From Alphaproteobacteria bacterium MarineAlpha12_Bin1 (lineage in GTDB: Bacteria; Pseudomonadota; Alphaproteobacteria; UBA6615), in contig PTJY01000004.1 of assembly GCA_002937505.1 (NCBI GenBank), positions 125,186 to 189,185 of the forward strand: a stretch of 64,000 bases of DNA, read 5' to 3'. Each line of letters opens with the position of its first letter. The stretch's first letter is position 1. Of this stretch, positions 18,196 through 27,179 are shown one piece after another. The notes under the pieces were generated by a model. The model made no database searches, had not been told where the DNA came from, and saw only the letters and a list, made by a program, of their open reading frames with translations. A program made the translations under genes and the position numbers.

Positions 18196-19821
18196 ATGGA
18201 AGTTAATGATATAACAGATCACGTTCCAAGGTTTTTGAAAATATCTAAAGACATAAACTTTGATCTTCCTGAAAAGTATAACGCAAGTGAAATACTTTTC
18301 GCTAATCTGGAAAAACGACCAAATAAAATCGCTGTTTACTCTGATAATGGTAATGTCACCTATAGGGAGCTTTGTGAAACTTCAAATAAAGCAGGAAATG
18401 CTCTGAATCATATGCAGTTGAGACCATTTTCACGAATATTAATGATTTTAGATGATACAGCAATTTATCCTTCGGCAATATTTGGAGCAATGAGAGCAGG
18501 ATTTGTACCAGTTTTAATTAATACTTTGTCTCCTCCAGAGTTGGTGAATTATTATCTTAAGGATAGCGAAGCCACTGTAGTTATTATTAGCGAAAGCTTC
18601 TCCCATCTCATAAGTGAAGAGACAGTAGTTGGTACAAATCTAGAAACTATAATAGTTGATGGAAACATAGAAACAAATATATCCCAGATCACTTCAATTA
18701 CCTGGAAGGACTGGATTAGAAGTCACTCATCGTCTATGCCGGCGTCTAATACAAACAAAGATGACATGGCTTTTTGGATGTATAGTTCTGGTAGCACAGG
18801 GCGACCTAAAGGAATCGTTCATTTACATCATGACATGGCCTATACTAATGAATCTTACGCTAAAGAAGTGCTTAGTTTAACGGACGATGACATCTGTTAT
18901 TCACCGCCGAAAATATTCTTTGCTTATGGCTTTGGTAATTCTATAACGTTTCCATTTTCTGTGGGGGCTAGTGTTATATTAAGTGCTGGAAGGCCTCAGC
19001 CAGAAATAGTTTTTGATCATGTGGAAAGGTATAAACCTACTGTTTTCTTTGGTTTACCAACGCTTTATAATGCACTGTTAAGTAATAAAGTTAAGACTAG
19101 TTCATCTTTTAACAGTGTTAGATTATGTATTTCAGCCGCGGAAACTCTTTCAAAGGATTTATTCTCTGCTTGGAATTCTAGGTTTGATTTGGACATAATC
19201 GAAGGTTTAGGCTCTACGGAAGTGTTACACATCTATATATCGAATAAATTAGAAGATTTTAGAGTTGGTTCAGCGGGTAAGCCAGTTAAGGGTTATGAAG
19301 TTGAGTTAAGAAATGTTGAGGGTAAGGTTGTCGAAGGGGATGAACCAGGTGTTTTATGGGTTAGAGGCGATTCAAATGCACCTTGTTATTGGAACAAGCT
19401 GGATAAAACGCTCGAAACTATGAAAGAAGGATGGATTTATACTGGTGACAGATTTGAGGTAGATGATGATGGGTTTTATTATTTTCGAGGTCGTGCAGAT
19501 GACCTAATTAAGATCAGCGGACAATGGGTGTATCCACTTGAAATTGAGCTTTGCTTAAAAAATCATCCCTCTGTAAAGGAGTGTGTTGTTTTAGGTTTGA
19601 CCCTCGCTGATGAACGAATGACAACAAAAGCATTTGTTGTTCTCTCAGATGATTGCGAGGAAAACCAAAACATGACGGAAGAATTGAAAAATTATGCTCA
19701 GAAAAACTTGTTACCACATAAATACGCAAGAGAGATAAGTTATATGAAATCGCTTCCAAAAACTGGATCGGGTAAGATCGATAGACAAAAGCTTAAAGAG
19801 GATAGCAAACTACAGAGGTAA
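18196..19821 (+). CDS. AMP-binding aryl/acyl-CoA ligase (benzoate-CoA ligase family-like)
   Basis: AMP-binding box YSSGSTGRPKG, hinge YTGDRF, C-terminal GKIDR. Length 541 aa. Confidence 0.8.
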   Translation: MEVNDITDHVPRFLKISKDINFDLPEKYNASEILFANLEKRPNKIAVYSDNGNVTYRELCETSNKAGNALNHMQLRPFSRILMILDDTAIYPSAIFGAMRAGFVPVLINTLSPPELVNYYLKDSEATVVIISESFSHLISEETVVGTNLETIIVDGNIETNISQITSITWKDWIRSHSSSMPASNTNKDDMAFWMYSSGSTGRPKGIVHLHHDMAYTNESYAKEVLSLTDDDICYSPPKIFFAYGFGNSITFPFSVGASVILSAGRPQPEIVFDHVERYKPTVFFGLPTLYNALLSNKVKTSSSFNSVRLCISAAETLSKDLFSAWNSRFDLDIIEGLGSTEVLHIYISNKLEDFRVGSAGKPVKGYEVELRNVEGKVVEGDEPGVLWVRGDSNAPCYWNKLDKTLETMKEGWIYTGDRFEVDDDGFYYFRGRADDLIKISGQWVYPLEIELCLKNHPSVKECVVLGLTLADERMTTKAFVVLSDDCEENQNMTEELKNYAQKNLLPHKYAREISYMKSLPKTGSGKIDRQKLKEDSKLQR

Positions 19822-19896
19822 AATTTTTTAATCATTTTATATAAGTCTATTATTCACTGAATAAACGGATAACTAATTTTTTGAGGAGTAATAACA

Positions 19897-21573
19897 ATGA
19901 CGATTATGTCTGGCGCGCAAGTTATGGCAGATATGCTTAAGGGGTATGGTGTTACACATGTGTTTATGGTTCCTGCTGTTTTGCGTCGTACTATGGTAGA
20001 ATTAGAATTACGAACAGACATAAAGCGCTTACATGTTCATTCAGAGAAAACGGCAGCTTATATGGCTGATGGTTATGCGAGGGCTACAGGTAAACCTGGC
20101 ATTTGCATGGCACAAGTTATTGGAGCACTAAACTTGGCTGCAGGACTTAGAGATGCTCATTTAGCTCATTCACCTGTTATTGCAATGACTGGTGGTAGAG
20201 ATCCCAGCACCAAGTTTCGTGGAGTTTATCAGGAGGTTGATGACGTGCCAGCATTTGAACCAGTTACTAAGTTCAATGCTACTATCGATAGTGTTGATAG
20301 ATTTCCTGATATGATCAGACAAGCATTTAGAGTGGCCGCCTCTGGTACTCCAGGCCCTGTTCATCTACAATTTCAAGGTAATGAAGGGCAAATTGATGCA
20401 GAAGAGGCGGACATGGAGGCTCTTTGTGAGACGGCGTTTAGCCAGATCCCGCCGTTTCGACCTGAACCCTCTGAGGTAGATCTCAGGTCTGCATTAGATC
20501 AGTTAGAGTCTGCTGAACGGCCAGTAATTATAGCAGGCGGTGGTGTTAGAGCATCGGGGGCATCGTCATCTCTATTGTCTTTGGCTGAACGATTAAATAT
20601 TCCAATCGCCACATCACTCAATGGTAAAGATTCTGTGCCGGGCAATCATCCACTTTCTGTTGGTGTTGTAGGTACTTATTCGCGTGAGAGTGCTAACCGA
20701 GTAGTAAATGAAGCAGATCTAGTTGCTTTCATAGGTACCACGGCAGGAGGAATGACAACACATTTTTGGCAAGTTCCACCCATCGGGGTTGCGGCAATAC
20801 AGATAGATCTTGAACCGGAAATTATAGGGAGGAACTATCCGTTGAAAGCATCGGTTCAAGCGGATGCCAAAGTTGCCTTAGAAAAAATGCTTGCCCTTAC
20901 GAACGCTGAATCTGCCTCTAGGAGATCCAAGTGGATCGATAGAGCCGCCTTAATTGTAAACGAATGGAATGAAAAATTTCATGATTTATTGAACTCTGAT
21001 TCTTTGCCAATAAGACCTGAACGTATCTGTAATGAACTATCAGAGCACTTACCAAGTGATGCTATTGTTGTTGCTGATACTGGTCATGGGGGAATGTGGA
21101 TGGGAGGAATGTATGATTTACGTTCTCCGAACCAAAGTTATATGAGGAGCGCAGGTCATCTTGGTTGGGCTTTTCCTGCCGCACTAGGTGCTAAATGTGG
21201 TGCGCCCGACAGGCCTGTTTTTTGTTTTACTGGTGATGCAGGTTTTTGGTATCACATTGCTGAAGTTGAAACAGCTGCTCGTTGGGGTATTAAAACTGTT
21301 ACTCTTGTTAACAATAATAGCTCCGGGAATCAGTCTAAAAGAGGTTTTGATCGAGTTTATGGAGGTGAGCAGACTGATGAGGCACTGAGGCTTTGGCACT
21401 TTTCTGATGTTAACTTTGCTGAAATTGCTGAAAATATGGGTGGTATAGGAATACGTGTTGAAAAGCCGTCTGATCTACCTTCAGCTCTGCAAAAAGCATT
21501 TGAAGCAAATGGACCTGTTATAATTGATGTGATAACGGATATTGATGCATTGGCACCGCTTGCTGTTATTTAA
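19897..21573 (+). CDS. Thiamine pyrophosphate-dependent enzyme (acetolactate synthase / 2-hydroxyacyl-CoA lyase / oxalyl-CoA decarboxylase superfamily)
   Basis: Three-domain TPP architecture. The TPP-binding GDAGF...NN motif region is FTGDAGFWYHI...LVNNNSSGN. GAGGAG RBS. Confidence 0.8.
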   Translation: MTIMSGAQVMADMLKGYGVTHVFMVPAVLRRTMVELELRTDIKRLHVHSEKTAAYMADGYARATGKPGICMAQVIGALNLAAGLRDAHLAHSPVIAMTGGRDPSTKFRGVYQEVDDVPAFEPVTKFNATIDSVDRFPDMIRQAFRVAASGTPGPVHLQFQGNEGQIDAEEADMEALCETAFSQIPPFRPEPSEVDLRSALDQLESAERPVIIAGGGVRASGASSSLLSLAERLNIPIATSLNGKDSVPGNHPLSVGVVGTYSRESANRVVNEADLVAFIGTTAGGMTTHFWQVPPIGVAAIQIDLEPEIIGRNYPLKASVQADAKVALEKMLALTNAESASRRSKWIDRAALIVNEWNEKFHDLLNSDSLPIRPERICNELSEHLPSDAIVVADTGHGGMWMGGMYDLRSPNQSYMRSAGHLGWAFPAALGAKCGAPDRPVFCFTGDAGFWYHIAEVETAARWGIKTVTLVNNNSSGNQSKRGFDRVYGGEQTDEALRLWHFSDVNFAEIAENMGGIGIRVEKPSDLPSALQKAFEANGPVIIDVITDIDALAPLAVI

Positions 21574-21597
21574 TATAAGCAGAAAATCATTATAATA

Positions 21598-23271
21598 TCA
21601 GGTCTTTTTAGCCCAAGTGTCCCTCAATGGAACTGTTCTATTGAATATTGGATTTTCTTGAGTGCTATTTAAGTCTGCACAAAAATATCCCAATCTTTCA
21701 AATTGAATGGTCGTGTTTGATTTAAAATCCAATATAGAAGGTTCTAAAAAGCAATTAGTTAAACTCTCTAATGATGTTTTATTCACGTCTTCAATCCAAT
21801 CACCATTCGATCCTGGTATGGCTTCTGTAAAGAGTTCGTTATAAAGATTAATTGTAGCTTTTTTTGAGTGGTTTGCAGAGACCCAATGCAAAGTTCCCTT
21901 AACCTTGCGACCGTCAGGTGAGTTACCTCCTCGGCTTGCAGGATCATAATGACATCGAAGTTCAATTATGTTTCCCTTTTTGTCTTTTATAACTTCTTTA
22001 CAAATTATCAAATAAGCGTATCTCAGCCTTACTTCTCTTCCAGGACCCAATCGAAAGAACTTTTTAGTTGGGTTTTCCATGAAATCATTATGCTCAATAT
22101 ATATCTCTCTAGAGAATAATAATCTACGAAAACCGTCATCTTCGTTATTAGGATTATTGGTTGCTTCAAGCTCATCCTTAAATTGTGGGTCTTCAGGATA
22201 ATTTTCAATAACGATCTTTAGGGGATTCAATACAGCCATACGTCTTTGGGCTGTCACGTTTAAATGTTCCCGAACAGTATTTTCAAAATAAGACATCTCC
22301 ACAATTCCATCAGACTTTGTAACACCAAGTCGCCCCACAAAATCTCTTATGGCTTCAGGGGGTACACCTCTTCTTCTAAGACCTGCTAACGTAGGCATTC
22401 TAGGATCATTCCAGCCTGTTACGTAACCACACTCTATTAATTTAAGAAGACGTCTTTTTGAAAGGATTGTGTGGCTAAGATTTAATCTAGAAAATTCATA
22501 TTGTTTTGGTTTAGAGGGAATGGATAAATTTTCAAGAAACCATTCATAAAGGGGACGATGGTCTTCAAATTCTAGTGTGCACAATGAATGAGTGACGTTT
22601 TCAATTGCATCTGACTGACCATGACCAAAATCATACATAGGGTATATGCACCAATTATTGTTAGTTCGTGGGTGATTAGCGTGCATTATTCGATAGATTA
22701 CAGGATCTCTAAGATTTAAGTTACCTGACTGCATGTCTATTTTAGCTCGTAAGGACATTTTACCTTCTTCGAATTCGCCATTTTTCATGCGCTCAAACAG
22801 ATCAAGATTCTCAGCTATTTCTCTGTTTCTTGAAGGGCTTTCTATGCCAGGTTCTGTCAATGTTCCACGGTACGATCGCATTTCATCTGGGGAGAGATCA
22901 TCTACATAGGCCAAGCCTTTGTTTATTAATTCTATCGCCCAGTCATAGAGTTGTTCGAAGTAATCAGATGTATAACGAATATTGTTTTCAAAATTAAAAC
23001 CTAGCCATGTTAAATCAAATTTTATTGCATCTATATATATCTGGTCTTCTTTTGTGGGGTTTGTATCATCAAATCTGAGATTACAAAGTCCCTGAAACTC
23101 CTGTGCCACCCCGAAATTTAGGCAAATCGATTTGGCATGACCGATGTGTAGGTATCCATTCGGTTCTGGAGGAAAACGAGTAACGATTTTTTCGTGTAAA
23201 TTTGCTGCTATATCCCCTCGGATTATTTCACGAATAAAGTCGTTTTTCTGAGACAGATTTTTTTCAGTCAT
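21598..23271 (-). CDS. glnS: Glutamine--tRNA ligase
   Basis: Almost colinear with E. coli GlnRS as recalled: FIREII..., TRFPPEPNGYLHIGHAKSICLNFG (HIGH), VMSKR (KMSK), C-terminal anticodon-binding barrels, ending RDTWAK. Start placed at the internal ATG (MTEKNLSQ...) by alignment to GlnRS N-termini. The ORF track starts 27 nt upstream at 23298. Confidence 0.85.
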   Translation of the reverse strand: MTEKNLSQKNDFIREIIRGDIAANLHEKIVTRFPPEPNGYLHIGHAKSICLNFGVAQEFQGLCNLRFDDTNPTKEDQIYIDAIKFDLTWLGFNFENNIRYTSDYFEQLYDWAIELINKGLAYVDDLSPDEMRSYRGTLTEPGIESPSRNREIAENLDLFERMKNGEFEEGKMSLRAKIDMQSGNLNLRDPVIYRIMHANHPRTNNNWCIYPMYDFGHGQSDAIENVTHSLCTLEFEDHRPLYEWFLENLSIPSKPKQYEFSRLNLSHTILSKRRLLKLIECGYVTGWNDPRMPTLAGLRRRGVPPEAIRDFVGRLGVTKSDGIVEMSYFENTVREHLNVTAQRRMAVLNPLKIVIENYPEDPQFKDELEATNNPNNEDDGFRRLLFSREIYIEHNDFMENPTKKFFRLGPGREVRLRYAYLIICKEVIKDKKGNIIELRCHYDPASRGGNSPDGRKVKGTLHWVSANHSKKATINLYNELFTEAIPGSNGDWIEDVNKTSLESLTNCFLEPSILDFKSNTTIQFERLGYFCADLNSTQENPIFNRTVPLRDTWAKKT

Positions 23272-23320
23272 TTTATTGATTTCATGTCTTGTGCGCACTG
23301 TGATAGAAAAAGCATTTCTG

Positions 23321-23920
23321 TTATTCTTTTATTCGCATCACCTTTAAAGCGTTGGCCCATTTGGCTAACTCAGGAATCATGTTTTTTGCTGATTGAATGT
23401 GTATTTCTTTTGGAAGAAAGACGCCATCATTAATGTGTTCTGACACCATTGGAATTGGAACAGCCTCAAAAATTGGAACAACTCTAAATGTTGTAAGTAG
23501 AAGTTTTTCCATTTGTACACCTCTTAAACCGCCTGAAACCCCACCATAGCTAACAAATGAGGCAGGTTTATAATGCCACTCTGATGCTAAATAGGTTAAA
23601 GCATTTACAAATGATGGTGGAGGACCATAATTGTATTCTGGTGTCACAAAAACATAAGCATCAGCAGAGTCAACGCATTTACTCCACACTTTAGTTTCTT
23701 CATTTACATATTCGCCAAACCTCGGATGTTTTGGTTCATTAAAAACAGGTAAGTTAAAGTCAAGAAGGTCTATGTTTTTAACATCAAAAATATCCTTGAA
23801 TTCATTTGATGCATATTCAACAAACCAGTTCGCTATCACTGGCCCAATTCTTGTTGGACGAGTGCTAACGGTTATGACATTTAACTTAAGCATTTCGTTT
23901 AAACTCCTATTTCTTGTCAT
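23321..23920 (-). CDS. NADPH-dependent FMN reductase family (flavodoxin-like fold) oxidoreductase
   Basis: Flavodoxin-like N-terminus (ITVSTRPTRIGPVIANWF), ~200 aa. Confidence 0.65.
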   Translation of the reverse strand: MTRNRSLNEMLKLNVITVSTRPTRIGPVIANWFVEYASNEFKDIFDVKNIDLLDFNLPVFNEPKHPRFGEYVNEETKVWSKCVDSADAYVFVTPEYNYGPPPSFVNALTYLASEWHYKPASFVSYGGVSGGLRGVQMEKLLLTTFRVVPIFEAVPIPMVSEHINDGVFLPKEIHIQSAKNMIPELAKWANALKVMRIKE

Positions 23921-23934
23921 ACTTCGCTAAACAA

Positions 23935-23961
23935 AAGCCCGGCTTACTAGCCGGGCTTTTT
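23935..23961 (-). terminator. Rho-independent terminator (bidirectional hairpin)
   Basis: AAGCCCGGC-TTACTA-GCCGGGCTT perfect 9-bp GC-rich stem flanked by A-run/T-run on both sides. Lies 18 nt downstream of the stop of the 23979-24938 minus-strand gene. Confidence 0.6.
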
Positions 23962-23978
23962 GATGATTAAGGCTTCGG

Positions 23979-24938
23979 CTATGGACTTACATGTTCAATG
24001 AATCTCATGGGAGCTGGTTCACCCCATTGAGATCCAAAACCTTCCTCGGCCGAAACGTGTTTAGTGCCATAATCCTTATTTAACACATCTGTATCACACC
24101 AATGTTCATGGACTCGATCCCAAGGGTCCATCCAGTAATCATAGATTTGACTTCCCAACACGTGCCTTCCTAGTCCCCATACGTGATCATAGCCTTTTTC
24201 TTTGAGATGTTCGTGTCCCATGACAACATCATCAAAATCTTGTACCTCATAAGAAAGGTGATTTAGTCCAGCTCTTTCGTTGTGCACAAAGAGAAAAACG
24301 TGATGGTCAACAAATTCTTCTCCGGCATCAATTCGATTGAAACTGGCGATAACCTTGTTTTCATCATCTTCAACATAAACTTCATCGGTGCCCACCAGGC
24401 CAATATGATGTCTCATCCAAGATATTGATTCAGTTAGTTTTGGCGTGCCTATAACACCGTGACCTATCCTTTTGGGCTGAGACGGCCCTTTGGGTTTTCT
24501 CCAAAGCTCACCAGCGCGTGCTCTTTTATCAACATTTCCAAGATTATAGGCATGACGCTCGACTTTGATTGGTTCTAATTCATCGATACCCCAAACTACC
24601 TCTATTCCATATCCGTTTGGCTCCGTTATAATAACTCTTTTACCACCTCCGGGTTCGTCTATATCATGAACATCACTAGCGGTCTCTGCTTCCGCTGCTA
24701 GTTTATGAAGGTCTTCTTCTGAGGCTGCATTAAAAGCCAGACTAACGAATCCTGGATCACCTTTCTCGGTGACATGAATATGATGATCAGGATCTGTGCC
24801 GCGCATATATAAAGCGTCATTAGTTCTTTCTGCGCGAACCATACCGAAGTTAGTGAGAAACTCTTCTTGTATGTCTAAATCAGGTGACTTAATTCTTCCC
24901 CAAGCAATGTCGGTCACCCTAATAATTGGCTCAGCCAT
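23979..24938 (-). CDS. Two-domain VOC-fold extradiol ring-cleavage dioxygenase-like protein
   Basis: ~320 aa with two glyoxalase-fold modules. His/Glu-rich C-terminal metal site (HHVFLFVHNE..., NHLSYEV). Architecture of type I extradiol dioxygenases. GGAGTGAGAAA RBS. Confidence 0.55.
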   Translation of the reverse strand: MAEPIIRVTDIAWGRIKSPDLDIQEEFLTNFGMVRAERTNDALYMRGTDPDHHIHVTEKGDPGFVSLAFNAASEEDLHKLAAEAETASDVHDIDEPGGGKRVIITEPNGYGIEVVWGIDELEPIKVERHAYNLGNVDKRARAGELWRKPKGPSQPKRIGHGVIGTPKLTESISWMRHHIGLVGTDEVYVEDDENKVIASFNRIDAGEEFVDHHVFLFVHNERAGLNHLSYEVQDFDDVVMGHEHLKEKGYDHVWGLGRHVLGSQIYDYWMDPWDRVHEHWCDTDVLNKDYGTKHVSAEEGFGSQWGEPAPMRFIEHVSP

Positions 24939-25123
24939 TTTCTCACTCCATAATTCTTTATTTTATTCAGTTTTAAATATATTAGTTTTGTATTTATTAA
25001 TTATTGTTATAGTTAACTTAAGAAAAGAAAAAAATTAGCGCTACCCAAATATTCATTATATTTTAAAGATATTAACGTTTGTTGAGCACGAAGGCATTAT
25101 AAATTTCAGATATTGAGTTAAAA

Positions 25124-25744
25124 ATGTTTATTGATCCAGAAATTAATATAAAACCAGAACCTCTTTTGTATAATCCATTTAAGGCTTTAGTAGTACCCCG
25201 GCCTATTGGTTGGATAAGCACTATTAGCTCTAGAGGAACTATCAACCTTGCTCCTTATAGCTTTTTTAATGGTGTAGCGGATGATCCACCATGCGTAATG
25301 TACTGCCCCAATGGCACGCATCCGGAAGGGGGGCCTAAGGACAGTCTAATAAATGTGGAGGAAACTGGTGAATTTGTTTTCAATCTTTGTAATTGGGACT
25401 TGCATAAAAAGATGAATTTGACTTCTGAACATTTGCCAAGAAATGTTGATGAGATGTCAGAAGCAGGATTGGAACCATTGAACTGTGTTAAAGTAAAACC
25501 CCCTCGTGTAGCCGTTGCTCCTGCTGCTTTTGAGTGTAGATATTTAAAAACAGTTAAATTGCCAACTGGGCGAAGTGGGAGAGAGAATAATCTAGTGCTT
25601 GGAGAGGTGGTCGGAATACATATTGATGAATCTGTCATACTGGATGGGAGGGTTAGCATTAATTTATTAAAACCAGTCGCAAGATTAGGCTATATGGATT
25701 ATACAGTAGTAACTGAATCTTTTGCCATGGAACGTCCTGACTAA
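25124..25744 (+). CDS. Flavin reductase-like FMN-binding (split-barrel) domain protein
   Basis: Flavin reductase domain motifs (LAPYSFFNGVADDPPCVMYC). Confidence 0.7.
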   Translation: MFIDPEINIKPEPLLYNPFKALVVPRPIGWISTISSRGTINLAPYSFFNGVADDPPCVMYCPNGTHPEGGPKDSLINVEETGEFVFNLCNWDLHKKMNLTSEHLPRNVDEMSEAGLEPLNCVKVKPPRVAVAPAAFECRYLKTVKLPTGRSGRENNLVLGEVVGIHIDESVILDGRVSINLLKPVARLGYMDYTVVTESFAMERPD

Positions 25745-25895
25745 ACATAGACATGTAAATTTTATTGAATACTATTGGAAACATAAATTATATTGTCATA
25801 TAGACATAATTATGATCACAGGATTGACAACAGAATAAATTTTACACCTCGTCTTAATATGTTTAGCGAGGTTATCAGATTAGGAGAAATATTAC

Positions 25896-26219
25896 ATGAG
25901 GGGACCACAGGATTATGGCGGATTACCTGCAGGGCTAGTTGACCCTGTAAAGAATGAGCATGAACCCACTCATTGGGAAAGACGTGTTGATGCGATTATG
26001 TTACTTCTTTTTGATCCCAAAAGAAGATTGGCGCGTGTGGATGAATCACGTCGTATGCAGGAAGCCTTAGGAGATGACTATCATAAATATCCTTATTATG
26101 AGCGCTGGCTTCAAGCTATAACATGGTTGCTGCTTGAAAAAGGTGTTTTCACACAAGAAGAGCTTGATAAAAAGAGAGAAGAAGTAAGATCTCGACTAGA
26201 GGCCGAAAGAAATGGATAG
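25896..26219 (+). CDS. Nitrile hydratase beta subunit, N-terminal-domain half (separate gene; ScnB/ToyK-like)
   Basis: 107 aa aligning to the N-domain of NHase beta (HDxGG start region, WE.R..A, DE.R..E.L....Y...YYERW..A). AGGAGA RBS. Stop TAG overlaps the next ATG in ATGGATAG. Confidence 0.8.
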   Translation: MRGPQDYGGLPAGLVDPVKNEHEPTHWERRVDAIMLLLFDPKRRLARVDESRRMQEALGDDYHKYPYYERWLQAITWLLLEKGVFTQEELDKKREEVRSRLEAERNG

Positions 26220-26496
26220 TAAGTTCATCCCGGGAGATAAAGTCCGAGTAATAGAGCGCAGCCAACCTGGGCATGTCAGAACACCTATGTATGTACGTGG
26301 TAAACCGGGAGTGATAGAAAGAATCGTCGGTCCCCAACCTAACCCGGAGACGCTGGCATATGGACAATCCGGCCTCCCCTACAAAATGCTATATAGAGTT
26401 AATTTTTCACAAAAAGTACTTTGGCCAGATTATGAAGGTCAAGACAATGATTCTCTTGAAATAGAGATCTATGAACATTGGTTAGAGCGTATATAA
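26212..26496 (+). CDS. Nitrile hydratase beta subunit, C-terminal-domain half (separate gene; ScnA/ToyL-like)
   Basis: 94 aa aligning to the NHase beta C-domain (F.PGDKVRV..., H.R.P.YVRGK.GVI, LYRV.F...LW). Translationally coupled to the preceding gene (8-nt overlap). Confidence 0.8.
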   Translation: MDSKFIPGDKVRVIERSQPGHVRTPMYVRGKPGVIERIVGPQPNPETLAYGQSGLPYKMLYRVNFSQKVLWPDYEGQDNDSLEIEIYEHWLERI

Positions 26497-26528
26497 TTTA
26501 ATAAATTTACATCATATGAGAGAAAAAA

Positions 26529-27179
26529 ATGAGCGAACATCATCATGATCATCTAAATGCTACTCACACTCACGATGGTAAACCTATTCAGAATGATGAG
26601 CCACCCTCTATTGAAGCAGAATCTCTTGAAACTGCTGTAAGAGAATTGTTAATGGAAAAGGGTGTCATAACTGCTGATGAATTACGTGGTGCTATTGAAG
26701 CGCAGGAACAAAGGAGGCCCGAACTTGGGGCAAAGATTATTGCGCGAGCATGGGTTGATGAGGACTTCAAACAAAAATTATTGAGTCATGGGGATATGGC
26801 TGTTCGTTCTTTTGGTGTCGACATGAAGCCCACTGAGTTATGTGTGGTAGAAAACACAGAAGAGGTACATAATCTGGTTGTTTGTACCTTATGTTCTTGT
26901 TATCCGAGAGCTATTTTGGGCATTCCTCCTGCGTGGTACAAACGACGTGACTATAGGTCCAGAGCGGTACGAGAACCAAGATCAGTTTTATCCGAGTTCG
27001 GTACAATTATTTCGGAAGATAGACAGGTAAGAGTGCACGATAGCAATGCTGATTTGCGTTACTTGGTGCTGCCGATACGTCCTTCTGGTACCGATGATTG
27101 GAGCGAAGAAGATTTGGCTGAGTTGGTCACTAGGGACAGCATGATAGGTGTAGCTGAGGCGATCACACCTGATGGCTAA
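26529..27179 (+). CDS. Nitrile hydratase alpha subunit, cobalt type, with His-rich N-terminal extension
   Basis: Metal-binding VCTLCSCYP claw (Thr = Co-type) followed by PPAWYKRRDYRSRAV and C-terminal SEE..L..LVTRDSMIGV. Near-identical in blocks to remembered Rhodococcus/Pseudonocardia NHase alpha. N-terminus MSEHHHDHLNATHTHDG. Confidence 0.9.
   Translation: MSEHHHDHLNATHTHDGKPIQNDEPPSIEAESLETAVRELLMEKGVITADELRGAIEAQEQRRPELGAKIIARAWVDEDFKQKLLSHGDMAVRSFGVDMKPTELCVVENTEEVHNLVVCTLCSCYPRAILGIPPAWYKRRDYRSRAVREPRSVLSEFGTIISEDRQVRVHDSNADLRYLVLPIRPSGTDDWSEEDLAELVTRDSMIGVAEAITPDG

Noticed and set aside
25824-25860. TTGACA hexamer upstream of the NHase genes as a sigma-70 promoter
   Set aside because: No acceptable -10 hexamer at 16-18 nt spacing. 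Cannot support a promoter call from sequence alone.
25896-26496. Split nitrile hydratase beta as a frameshifted pseudogene
   Set aside because: The break falls exactly at the inter-domain linker and each half has a start codon. The ATGGATAG stop/start overlap is a classic translational-coupling junction. The same split exists in thiocyanate hydrolase and ToyJKL. Assembly error cannot be fully excluded without reads.
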